Source: Fibrobacteria bacterium (GTDB lineage: Bacteria; Fibrobacterota; Fibrobacteria; UBA5070). Taken from it: a stretch of 64,000 nucleotides of DNA. The stretch covers positions 6,229 through 70,228 of the forward strand of contig JAMIIV010000199.1 in assembly GCA_035913415.1 (NCBI GenBank), written 5' to 3'. The position numbers were made by a program, and so were the translations under genes. Shown here in pieces: positions 21,379-31,300 of this stretch. Positions within the stretch are counted from its first letter, which is position 1, and each line of letters begins with the position of its first letter. The notes beneath the pieces are model-generated. The model was not told the origin of the DNA. It ran no database searches and worked only from the letters and a program-made list of their open reading frames with translations.

Positions 21379-22854
21379 CTAGCCGCGTGAATCCCGGGCA
21401 TTCGGCAGCGGGCATGCTGCGGAGAGGATGCCGCGGAGCATGCCCTCGAACACGAAATGGTGGAACGGAAGCACGGCGAACCAGTAGGCGCGCCCCAGCA
21501 GCCCCTTGGGGCGGAACGTGGCCTTCTGCTCGAGGCGCGCGCCGCCGGGACCTTGGGTTACGCGGAATTCCAGCCAGGCCTCGCCGGGGAGTTTCATTTC
21601 GGCGTACAACAAGAGCCTGCGGTTGGGGCGGTCGGCCGCCAGCACGCGCCAGAAATCCAGGGTGTCCCCGGTGCGCAGTCGGTGCGGATCGGTGCGACCA
21701 CGGCGCAGACCGACACCGCCGACGAACTTGTCCAGGATGCCGCGCAGGCGCCACAGCCAGTCGCCGTAGTACCATCCGGTCGCGCCGCCGATGCTCCATA
21801 CGGCCTCCACGACGGGCCCGGGATCGCCTGCGATGGGCTTCGAGCGGTGGTCGAAGTAGCAGCCGTTGGTGGGGACGTTCACGTGCTCGAGCAGGGAGTC
21901 GTGGAAGCCGCTGGAAACCAGCGAATCCTTCCAACTGGAAATCACGTTGTTCTGCTCGATCTTCTCGAAGGCCAGTTCCACGGCGCGACGATACGGCGTG
22001 GGGGTGATCCCCAGCATCGCCGCGAGGTCGTTGGGTCTGGCCACCACTTCGACCTTCATGCTGTTCACGAGATGCACGGCCAGCGTGTACGAGGTGGATG
22101 TCACGAAGTAGAGCCAGTACGACGAGAGTCGCGGCGTCATGACAGGAATCGTCCAGATTCGGCGCTTCAGGCCCCGCGCCTCGGCGAACTGCAGAAGCAT
22201 TCCCTTGTAGGTGAGCACGTCGGGGCCGGCGATGTCGTACGAGCCGTCGAAGGTGCGCGCATCGCCCAGGCAGCGCACCAGGAATTCCAGGACGTCGCGG
22301 ATGGCGATGGGCTGGATGCGCGTGTTGAGCCATTTCGGCGTGACCATCACGGGGAGCTTTTCCACCAGGTCGCGGATGATCTCGAAGGATGAACTCCCCG
22401 AGCCCACGACGATCCCGGCTTTGAGCGTGGTGACCGGGATGTCTCCCGAGCGGAGGATGGCATCGACGTTGCGCCGCGATTCGAGATGGCGCGACAACTC
22501 CGCCTCGTTGACGATCCCTCCCAGGTAGAGGATCTGACGTGCCTGGTATCGCTTGGCGACTTGGAGGAAGTTCAAGGCCGAGGCCGCTTCCAGCGCTCCG
22601 AAGTCCTGGGAGGCGTCGCTCATCGAATGGATGAGGTAGTAGGCTGCGTCCACAGGAGGCGTGTCTTCGGGGAGCGAAGGGGGTTTGAGGAAATCGATTT
22701 CCAGGACGCTGACCCGGGGGTGGCCGTAGATCCCTTCCGTGGGGAATCGTCGCCGGTCGCGCACGCAGCAGATCACCTCGTGGCCCGCCGCGATCAGCAG
22801 AGGGAGCAATCGCTTGCCGATGTACCCGTTCGCGCCCGTCAGCAGCACCCGCAT
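21379..22854 (-). CDS. NAD(P)-binding SDR/NmrA-like domain fused to DUF2867.
   Basis: MRVLLTGANGYIGKRLLPLLIAAGHEV (Rossmann GxxGxxG), then a C-terminal domain roughly 170 aa long (...DFWRVLAADRPNRRLLLYAEMKLPGEAWLEFRV...). Confidence 0.6.
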   Translation of the reverse strand: MRVLLTGANGYIGKRLLPLLIAAGHEVICCVRDRRRFPTEGIYGHPRVSVLEIDFLKPPSLPEDTPPVDAAYYLIHSMSDASQDFGALEAASALNFLQVAKRYQARQILYLGGIVNEAELSRHLESRRNVDAILRSGDIPVTTLKAGIVVGSGSSSFEIIRDLVEKLPVMVTPKWLNTRIQPIAIRDVLEFLVRCLGDARTFDGSYDIAGPDVLTYKGMLLQFAEARGLKRRIWTIPVMTPRLSSYWLYFVTSTSYTLAVHLVNSMKVEVVARPNDLAAMLGITPTPYRRAVELAFEKIEQNNVISSWKDSLVSSGFHDSLLEHVNVPTNGCYFDHRSKPIAGDPGPVVEAVWSIGGATGWYYGDWLWRLRGILDKFVGGVGLRRGRTDPHRLRTGDTLDFWRVLAADRPNRRLLLYAEMKLPGEAWLEFRVTQGPGGARLEQKATFRPKGLLGRAYWFAVLPFHHFVFEGMLRGILSAACPLPNARDSRG

Positions 22855-23009
22855 GATTCGCCTTCCCGTGCGCCCGCCACGTCCGGCCAGTCGCCCTCTC
22901 CAGGCTAAATAGGATTCCGGCAAGCTGGACGGTGCTGGTCGACACCAGAAAGGCTACGATTCAAGCCGTTCACCCGTCGTGTTCATCCGCCTGCAGGAGA
23001 GTCCGATCC

Positions 23010-23408
23010 ATGTCCGACAAGATCCAGAAACCGTCATCGGCCTTCGTCGCCGCCTCGTGGGTGTCCCTCGCGCTGGGCATGGGAAGTTATTGCCTGGGGC
23101 TGTGGAATGCCCAGATGATGCTCAACGAGAAGGGGTATTACTTCGTGTTGCTGCTGTACGGACTTTTCGCCGCGGTGTCGCTGCAGAAGTCGGTGCGCGA
23201 CCAGATCGACGGCATTCCTGTGACGGGCATCTACATGGGTCTGGCCTGGGTGTCCACGGGCGCCGCATTGTTGCTGCTGGCGGTGGGACTGTGGAACGCG
23301 ACGTTGACGTTCAGCGAGAAGGGGTTCTACGGGATGGCCTACATCCTGTGCCTGTTTTCGTCGGTGGCCATCCAGAAGAACATCCGGGATTCCGCCAACG
23401 CGGGTTGA
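23010..23408 (+). CDS. YiaA/YiaB-family inner-membrane protein (duplicated 2-TM unit).
   Basis: Two repeats of W..LGLWNA.M.L.EKG(Y/F)Y..L....F...S.QK.(V/I)RD. Confidence 0.6.
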   Translation: MSDKIQKPSSAFVAASWVSLALGMGSYCLGLWNAQMMLNEKGYYFVLLLYGLFAAVSLQKSVRDQIDGIPVTGIYMGLAWVSTGAALLLLAVGLWNATLTFSEKGFYGMAYILCLFSSVAIQKNIRDSANAG

Positions 23409-23562
23409 TTCGCCTTCCAAGATCGAGTTCTGCGAGGCGCTTCCAACCGGGAGCGCCTTTTTTCTGGACGACGGTCATTGCCCATCGACGGGGGGAGGGC
23501 ACAAAAAACGGGACCGGCCGAGTGGCCGATCCCGTCGAACGTCGATCCGCCGCAGCGGTCGA

Positions 23563-24351
23563 TCAGCCCTGGATAACGTTGCCCGAGTTGTCGTAGGCGG
23601 TGGCCTGGCCGTTGGCGTCGATCACCATCGTCCCGACCTTCGCGCCATCCTTCAGGAGATCCACGGTCTGGGGCGGGACGCCCGATTCGGTGAACTTGAG
23701 GTTCGAGATGGTGATGCCGTTGACCGACATGCTCAGCGATCCGACCAGGGTCGGTTCGGCGTCCTTCGATGCAGCCGACACCGTGGCGGTCATCGGAGAG
23801 ATCGACATGGAAATGCTCTGGCCCTGGCCGACCATCGTCATGCTCATGTCCATGCGCATCGAGATGGTGTAGCCTCCGGACGAGGTCACGGGCTTGAAGA
23901 CCAGCGCGTAGTTCATCTTCATGTTCATGGCCATGCCGTCTTCGTTGGACGTCATGGTCATGGTGATCTTCATCCCCAGACCGGTCGTGGCATAGGAGTT
24001 TCCGGCATCGGCGCACGACGCGAAGGGCGATCCATCGGCCTTGGTGACCTTGATCGAGTAGGACATTTCTCCTTGGGTGATGGACGTGTCGAAGGAGGGG
24101 CAGGTGGTCGCCTGCATGCGGCCCGGGAGGGGCGCGAAGGACGAGGCCAAGCCGGTCGCGATTCCCGTGATGCTCTCCGTCACGCCGTCGATCATGCCGT
24201 CTTCGCCGATGAACATGCCCATCATGCCAGTCGACTGGGCGATGGACTGCTTGTCCTGCGCGGACAGGGTCGGGGCTTCGGCCTCGTCGTCGCCACAGGC
24301 GGTGAAGAGGGGGAGAGTCAGGGCTGCCAGAAGGGCCAGACTGGATTTGCG
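23563..24351 (-). CDS. Met-rich lipoprotein (candidate periplasmic Cu(I)/metal-binding protein).
   Basis: Signal MRKSSLALLAALTLPLFTAC. The central region is MxM/MxxM dense: KITMTMTSNEDGMAMNMKMNYALVF...ISMRMDMSMTMVGQGQSISMSISPM. Confidence 0.55.
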   Translation of the reverse strand, partial: RKSSLALLAALTLPLFTACGDDEAEAPTLSAQDKQSIAQSTGMMGMFIGEDGMIDGVTESITGIATGLASSFAPLPGRMQATTCPSFDTSITQGEMSYSIKVTKADGSPFASCADAGNSYATTGLGMKITMTMTSNEDGMAMNMKMNYALVFKPVTSSGGYTISMRMDMSMTMVGQGQSISMSISPMTATVSAASKDAEPTLVGSLSMSVNGITISNLKFTESGVPPQTVDLLKDGAKVGTMVIDANGQATAYDNSGNVIQG

Positions 24352-24558
24352 CATGGATGGATCTCCAGGGAGATGGCGGAGGATTCGGTTGGGACCCCAA
24401 TGAGGGTTAGGCTTCATGCTAGCACAATTGCGGAATGAATTCCATGCCTGGGTACACAGGAATCCGCGCAAGTGGATTCTCGAGTCAATTACCGATTTGT
24501 TGATCCTGTTTTCTCATGAATTGATTCGGTGGCCAAAGGCTCCTGTACGATCGTCGAT

Positions 24559-25356
24559 TCAGACCTCGCGACCGGTATCCCGGGGGGCGGGAAGACGCCG
24601 GAGCAGTTCGTCCATGTCTCTGCGCAGGGCCTTGATTTCCGCTTCCATTCCGGTCTCGGCCTTGGTGGGTTCGGCGACCTCCTGGATGGCCGAGACGATC
24701 ACGCCGATGAACAGGTTCAGCACGGCGAAACTGGTGATCACGATGAACGGGACGAAGAACAGCCAAGCCCAGGGGTGGACGGCCATGATGGGACGGACCA
24801 GTCCATCCGACCAGCCTTCGAGGGTCATGATCTGGAAAAGGGTGAAGAACGAACGGGGAAGCGATCCGAACCATGCGTCGAAATCGGCGCCGAACAATTT
24901 GGTGGACAGCACCGCCGAGACGTAGAACAGGACCAGGAGCACCACGGCGATGGAGGCCATGCCGGGGATGGCCGCGGTCAGCGCGTTCACGACGCGTTTG
25001 AGCGAAGGGACGGTGGAGAACAGGCGCAACGCACGAAGGATGCGCAAGGCACGGAGGACCGATAGACCGCCGGAGTGGGGCAAAAGGGAGATGCCGACGA
25101 TGACGAAGTCGAAGAGGTTCCACCCCGAGCGGAAGAAACGGAAGCGGTAGGCGATCATCCGCAACGCGACTTCGATGGTGAAGTAGCCGAGAGCGAGTTT
25201 GTCGAGGAGGTGGAGCAGCGTCCCTGCGACGGACATCACGGCAGGGGAGGTCTCGAGGCCCAGGGTCAACGCATTGATCAGGATGACGATGGTCGTCGTG
25301 GTCTGGAAGCGAGGATGGTGGACGAATTTCTGCAGGGCTGAGAATTGCTGTTCCAT
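24559..25356 (-). CDS. Single-domain voltage-gated cation channel (BacNav/NaChBac family) with a CavMr-like selectivity filter.
   Basis: S4 segment RALRILRALRLFSTVPSLKR; pore FQIMTLEGWSDGLVRP; 6-TM layout; C-terminal coiled coil EAEIKALRRDMDELLRRL. Confidence 0.8.
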   Translation of the reverse strand: MEQQFSALQKFVHHPRFQTTTTIVILINALTLGLETSPAVMSVAGTLLHLLDKLALGYFTIEVALRMIAYRFRFFRSGWNLFDFVIVGISLLPHSGGLSVLRALRILRALRLFSTVPSLKRVVNALTAAIPGMASIAVVLLVLFYVSAVLSTKLFGADFDAWFGSLPRSFFTLFQIMTLEGWSDGLVRPIMAVHPWAWLFFVPFIVITSFAVLNLFIGVIVSAIQEVAEPTKAETGMEAEIKALRRDMDELLRRLPAPRDTGREV

Positions 25357-25534
25357 GGGCAGGCAAGGTACCCGCTAGGCGGTCGATGTCGCAAGGGTCG
25401 CTCCCGGACGGAAATCATTCCGGTTGGCGTGTGTCGTGTCTTCCGAGGTCGGAATCACGCAAGGCGACGGCGCCAACCGCCGGGTGCAAGTCGTTGCCTG
25501 GCGGCCGAAGAAGCCAGACCGATCGTGAACAGGA

Positions 25535-26296
25535 TCAGGTGCGAGGCGTGGAGTCCGCGATCGGACGTGGACGTGTCTCCCACAGAAACACCAGGAGGCA
25601 GGCGATCGCGGTGGCGCCGAGCACGGGCATGGTCAGAGGCGAAGTGCTACGCACGAACAAAATGACATCCTGTTCGATGGGAACGCCGTCCACGGCACGA
25701 AGACGAAACAACAGGGCCAGAGGGGTGACGACGACCAGGGCCATTCGGATCCAGGGGCCGGTGAGGAGGGCGCGCCATCCTTGGGCCGATCGCGCCATCA
25801 TTCGCGCGAACGCCCAGGCAAGGAGCAGGCATCCGAGGATCGAATGGAAAAGCCAAGCCATGTGGCGCAGGTGGATCGGGCCGGCTTTCGAATCCATCAG
25901 TTTGGTGTCCAGGAAGGACCAGTGGAGGATGGTGGGGCCGTCGTGGGTGAAAAGATCCCAGATCAGGTGGGTTCCCCCGCCGATGAGGGCTCCCAGAATC
26001 GTGAGGAGCCAGGGAAACGATGATGGCGCGGTGCGCGCAAGGGATTCGCATCCGGGAAGTCGAGCGAACCGAGGTACCAGCCAGCGGGAGACAATCGGGG
26101 TGAGAAGCATGGCGAAGGGGGCCGCCAGAAGGACGACGCCGGGGATGGAATGGCTGAACTGGCGGCCCACGCCGGGAAACGCGCGGATCAGGTCGGGGGT
26201 CAGCGCGCCCAGTACCAGAGCGGTCCTCCAGCCACGTGATCGACTGAAGGGGAAGAATGGCAGGGTCGCGGCGGGATGGATGGCAGTGAACGGCAT
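25535..26296 (-). CDS. Polytopic membrane protein, DUF4184/YdjM-like putative metal-dependent hydrolase.
   Basis: Hydrophobic helices with HxxxD-type motif (GGGTHLIWDLFTHDG). The overlapping + ORF 25386..26336 is Arg-rich antisense nonsense. Confidence 0.4.
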   Translation of the reverse strand: MPFTAIHPAATLPFFPFSRSRGWRTALVLGALTPDLIRAFPGVGRQFSHSIPGVVLLAAPFAMLLTPIVSRWLVPRFARLPGCESLARTAPSSFPWLLTILGALIGGGTHLIWDLFTHDGPTILHWSFLDTKLMDSKAGPIHLRHMAWLFHSILGCLLLAWAFARMMARSAQGWRALLTGPWIRMALVVVTPLALLFRLRAVDGVPIEQDVILFVRSTSPLTMPVLGATAIACLLVFLWETRPRPIADSTPRT

Positions 26297-26520
26297 GAGT
26301 GAAGACCAATCTACGGATTTCAGGAGGGACGGGTAGGGCGGAGGGGACGTCCAGATCGCCCGTCCGGGTGCTTCCCACGCATCGAGTGGTCGAGCCGATA
26401 TTCGGTGGTCGAGTCTGTCGAGACCCACCGCTCCGGTCTCGGCAGGCTAGACCACCGAGTGCCCCGCCTCCGGAAGCATCGACTCCGTGACGAATTCCGG
26501 CCGAGTGGACGGCACCGGGG

Positions 26521-28302
26521 CTATCGCCCGCAGGCCGCCCGCCACCCGCCGCACGAGGTGATGTCTTCCATGTCCTGCACGCCGTGTGGCTCGGCGAGAA
26601 AGCCCATGCACGTCGAGCCATCTTCCAGTTCCAGCGTTCCCAGGCACAGGGGCGGGCGAACGCAGGTGGCCAGGAAGGAACCGGCCCCTTGTGGGGGAAG
26701 ACTCCAGAGCTCGACCTCGAACGGGGAGCCCTCGGGGGAGCGTACAAGTCCCGGGAAGCGGCGTTCGCCGCGCACGATCCGGAATGCCCGGTACACCGAT
26801 GATGTGCGTGTGGTTCGCTCCAGTCGCCCACCTCGCTCGCGCAGTTCGTGGTTCAGCGGGAGCCCGTCCATGTGCAGTCCGGCCACGGCGATCACGACCC
26901 GGGGTGCCTCGGGCGCACCGGCCAGCGGCTCGCGCGGGGGCATGGGACCATCCACTCCGGATGCCAGATTCTGGTGGGCCTGGAAACGTGATCCCAGGGT
27001 CAGCAACGCATGGTCGTGGAAGGCCGGGGCGAAGAGGGTGATGCCGAAAGGCAGGCCCGACGGGTCGAAGCCGGCTGGAAGCGCCAGGGCGGAAAGGTCG
27101 AGAAGGTTGCAGAAGTTCGTGCCACGCCCCAGATGCGCATTGGGGCCGAACGGATCGGCCGCGACCTCGGCCAAGGTGGGGTGTGATCCCGCCGTGGGGA
27201 GGATCACGACATCGATCCCGCGCATCTGGCGGTCGACAGCGGCTCGCAAGGCCTCCAGACGGTCCTGGGCTCGGAACAATTCGGAGGCCAGGCGTTCGCG
27301 CCCCCCTTGGAGGATGCGCAACGTGGTAGGATGCACGGATGCGGGAAAGGCATCGGCGAAGGCACCCACGGCGGCCCAGCGCTCGGCGACCCAGGGGCCT
27401 TCGTAGAGCAGGGCGGCCGTCTCGGCCCAGAGGGTGAAGTCGAGGGGGACGCGGCGTCCGCCGAGCTCTTCGAGACGACGTATGGCGTGTTCCCAAAGAG
27501 GGTGCCAGGCGGCATGGGTGAGGTAGGGAACGTTGTAGGGGACGGCAAACACGAATCCCGCGGAGAGCCCCGCCGGCGGGAGCGAGGGCCACGAGCGACT
27601 GCGCGGATCGCGCGGATCGGGGCCGCGTGCGATGTCCCAGACCGCGTAGGCATCGTGGCAGGAATGGGCGAACACGCTCAGGCAATCCAGGCTCGCGCAG
27701 GCGGGAACCACCCCGGAAGCGGGCAGGACCCCGCGCGTGGGTTTAAGGCCCACGAGGTTCCCGAAGGCAGCCGGAATCCGTCCGGATCCGGCGGTGTCGG
27801 TGCCCAGGGCGAACGCGACCTGGTCGAGGGCCAGCGCCACCGCCGAGCCCGAAGAGCTGCCCCCGGAGATGCGATCGGGATCGAAGACGCTGCGGCACGC
27901 CCCGTAGGGGGTGCGTGTGCCCACTAGGCCCGTGGCAAACTGGTCGAGATTGGTCTTGCCGATCGGTACGGCCCCGGCCTCGCGCAGGCGGGCCACGACC
28001 ACGGCATCGGCCACCGGCGTGTGCGCGAAGTCCGGACAGGCCGCGGTGGTGGGCCAGCCCGCGACGTCGATGTTGTCCTTGACCGCGAAGGGGAGCCCGA
28101 AGAGCGGCAGGTGGTGTCCCGCCGACCGGGCCGCTTCGATACGGTCGGCTTCCGAGGCGATCTCGGCTTCGGTGGCCAGATGGATCCAGACAGCAGGGTC
28201 GCCCGACGCGCGGGCACGGCGCAGGCTCTCCAGCAGCAGGGAGCGGGTGTCGATGGCGCCGGATTCGAGCTGGTGGCGGATGCTGGTCGGATCGAGTCTC
28301 AT
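26521..28302 (-). CDS. atzF: Allophanate hydrolase (amidase-signature domain + AtzF C-terminal domain).
   Basis: C-terminal roughly 593 aa of ORF 26521..30936, starting MRLDPTSIRHQLESGAID. Amidase signature GGSSSGSAVALA...GTDTAGS; AtzF_C region after about residue 450. Confidence 0.85.
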   Translation of the reverse strand: MRLDPTSIRHQLESGAIDTRSLLLESLRRARASGDPAVWIHLATEAEIASEADRIEAARSAGHHLPLFGLPFAVKDNIDVAGWPTTAACPDFAHTPVADAVVVARLREAGAVPIGKTNLDQFATGLVGTRTPYGACRSVFDPDRISGGSSSGSAVALALDQVAFALGTDTAGSGRIPAAFGNLVGLKPTRGVLPASGVVPACASLDCLSVFAHSCHDAYAVWDIARGPDPRDPRSRSWPSLPPAGLSAGFVFAVPYNVPYLTHAAWHPLWEHAIRRLEELGGRRVPLDFTLWAETAALLYEGPWVAERWAAVGAFADAFPASVHPTTLRILQGGRERLASELFRAQDRLEALRAAVDRQMRGIDVVILPTAGSHPTLAEVAADPFGPNAHLGRGTNFCNLLDLSALALPAGFDPSGLPFGITLFAPAFHDHALLTLGSRFQAHQNLASGVDGPMPPREPLAGAPEAPRVVIAVAGLHMDGLPLNHELRERGGRLERTTRTSSVYRAFRIVRGERRFPGLVRSPEGSPFEVELWSLPPQGAGSFLATCVRPPLCLGTLELEDGSTCMGFLAEPHGVQDMEDITSCGGWRAACGR

Positions 28303-31300
28303 GGGGCCTCCAGCACGATCAGGACTTGGCCAGGGGCGGCGGCCGATCCCGCGGATGCCCGCACGTCGAGGACGGTGCCGGAACGCGGAGAACACACGGG
28401 AGCTTCCATCTTCATGCTTTCCAGCACCACGAGGGTTTCTCCTTCCAGGACCTGCTGGCCGGGCTCGACCAGCACCTTCCAGACGCTGCCCGGGAGGTCG
28501 GCGCACACCGCCTCCGCTCCTTCGGGAATGTCGGATTCCGTCTGCGCCGGGCCGGCATCCTGGGAGCCCACCACCGAGACGCCTTGGTCCTCCCAGCGCC
28601 GGCGCTCGGCGGCGAAGGCCTCGCGTTGCACGGTCTGGAACGCGTCGATGGAAGACGACTCGGCGGCGAGGAACCTCTTGTGGTCCTTCCAGCGGAAGGT
28701 CCCGGGTTCGATCTTCAGGTGCAGCCGCCCGCGGGGGAAGTCTTCGCGCAGACGCAGCAGTTCGTCGGCCGGGACTTCGTAGAACCGGATCCGGTCGAAG
28801 AATCGCAACAGCCACGGGCGGGCAAATTCCGTCGTGGTCAGCCACCGGTTCCACATCTGCACGGTGCGTCCGACGAACTGGTAGCCGCCCGGACCCTCCA
28901 TGCCGTACACGCACAGGTAGGCGCCGCCGATGCCCACGGCGTTCTCGGGAGTCCAGGTGCGGGCGGGGTTGTACTTGGTGGTCACGAGCCGGTGGCGCGG
29001 GTCCAGCGGCGTGGCCACCGGCGCCCCCAGGTACACGTCGCCCAGGCCCATCACCAGGTATTGCGCCTGGAACACGATGCGCTTGACGTCGTCGATGGAA
29101 TCCAGGCCGTTGACGCGACGGATGAACTCGATGTTGGAGGGGCACCATGGGGCGTCGGGGCGCACGGTGCTGGTGTACTTCCCGATGGCCACGCGGGTGG
29201 CGGGGTCGTCCCACGACAGGGGCAGCCACACGGTCCGGCTTTCGAATTCGATGTCCTCGGCGTCGGGCAGGGCGTTTTCCAGGTCGAGCAGCCGGGAAAG
29301 CAGGCGCGAACGCGACAGGATGCGTGGATCGAACCGCACCTGCAAACTGCGGATGCCGGGGGTCAGGTCGGTCACGCCTTCCAGCGATTCCGCCTGCAGC
29401 GCCTGGAGAAGCGCCTGGGCGCGCAGCCGCAGGGCGATGTCCAGGACCATCGGTCCGAATTCGACGAGGATGGCGTCGTCGCCGTCCTGACGCACGCACA
29501 GTTCGGGCAAAAGCTCGCGGCTTCCGGAGCGGTGGAGGACGATCTCGGTGGCCGCCTCGGCCCAGGGAACGGGAGCCGTCTTGACAATTTCCGCCAAGGC
29601 GCGTTCGGAGCCGCGGGCGTGGGCGTGCAGCACGGGCACGAACCGGATCGTGTCTCCGGCGCGCAATTGCCCGACCTTCCACAGTTCGGCCAGGGCGATG
29701 GTGACGGGGCAGGCGAATCCGCCCAGGGAAGGGCCGTCGGGGCCGAGGATCACGGGCATGTCGCCGGTGAAGTCGACGGTTCCCGGCACGTAGGCGTTGT
29801 CGTGCAGGTTGGAGGGATGCAGTCCAGCTTCGCCGCCATCGGCGCGCGCCCATCGGGGCGTCGGGCCGACCAGTCGCACGCCGGTGCGGTCGGAGTTGTA
29901 GTGGACGCTCCAGTCGGCGGCGAAGAAGTCGTCCATGTCTTCGGGCAGGAAATACTCGGGGGCCGCGTGGGGCCCCATCAGGACGCCGATCCGCCAGGCG
30001 CTCGACAGTTCGGGCCGGCTCTCGGACGGCACGGACTCGGCACGGGGACTGGAAGTCGCGATTCCCAACGGGATCTGGTCGCCGACCCGCAGGGCGCGTC
30101 CACCATGGCCGCCGAAGCCGCCCAGCGTGAACGTCGATCGCGACCCGAGATGCTCCGGCACGTCCAGGCCGCCGGCCACCAGCAGATAGCCGCGTGCACC
30201 GGGGCCGACCACCCGAGGGCACGACAGGATCTGACCCGCATGCCAGGGGAAAGGATCCCAGGTCGGAACCGGGGCGCCATCGAGAGTGGCCCCGAAATCG
30301 GCACCCGCGAGCACCGCCCAGGTGTCGGTGTGGGCCTTGAGGGTGGGCCCCTTGAGGACGAATTCGAGACCTGCCATGCCTTCGGGATTTCCCAGGGCGA
30401 GATTGCCCAGACGGAACGATCGGTCGTCCATCGGTCCGGACGGAGGGATGCCCACGTCCCACAGGCCCTGTCGACCGGGCCAGTCCTGCACCGTGGTCTG
30501 GGCACCCGCCGACAGCACTTCGAGGCTGCGGGGGGTGTCGGCGATGGTGCCCACCAGGCCGGTGTGCATGCGCGCTGCCGTGAAGTCGGGGTGCGCGAGG
30601 ATGCGGCGCACATGGCCGATGTTCGTGGCGATCCCGCCCAGGCGCGTGCTTGCCAGAGCGGTGTCCAGCAGGGCCAGCGCGTCTTCCCGCGTGGCGGCGT
30701 GCGCGATGATCTTGGCGACCATGGGGTCGTACCAGGGCGGGATCTCGGTGCCGGCCCGGACCCAGGTTTCGACGCGCACATCGGTGGGGAACACCGCCTC
30801 CGTGAGCAGTCCGCACGAGGGTGCGTGACCGCGCGCAGGATCTTCCGCGTACACGCGGGCCTGCACCGAATGGCCCGAGGGCGCAGGGATGGCATCCAGG
30901 AAGGATGTGTCGCCGGCACCGCAGCGGATCATCCATTCTACCAGGTCGATGCCGAAGATCTCCTCGGTGACGCCGTGCTCCACCTGCAGGCGGGTGTTCA
31001 CCTCCAGGAAGGCCGCATCACCGGTGTCGGCATCCAGCACGAACTCGACGGTGCCAGCCGAGCGGTACGAGACCGACCGTCCCAAGGCCGCGGCCGTGTG
31101 TTCCAGGCGTGCGCGCAAGTCGTCGGTGAGTCCTGGCGCGGGGGCTTCCTCGATCACCTTCTGGTTGCGCCGCTGCGCCGAGCAGTCGCGCGTGCCCAGG
31201 GCCTCCACGCGCCCCTTGCCATCGCCGAAGATCTGCACCTCCACGTGGCGAGCCCGCACCACCAGGCGCTCCAGGTAGAGTCCCGCATCCTTGAAGTTGG

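Noticed and set aside
26521-30936. Single 1471-aa minus ORF suggesting an allophanate hydrolase-urea carboxylase fusion
   Set aside because: The N-terminal roughly 880 codons are an out-of-frame read of urea carboxylase (Arg/Pro/Gly-rich). The real atzF begins at MRLDPTS (28302), overlapping the uca stop by 4 bp.
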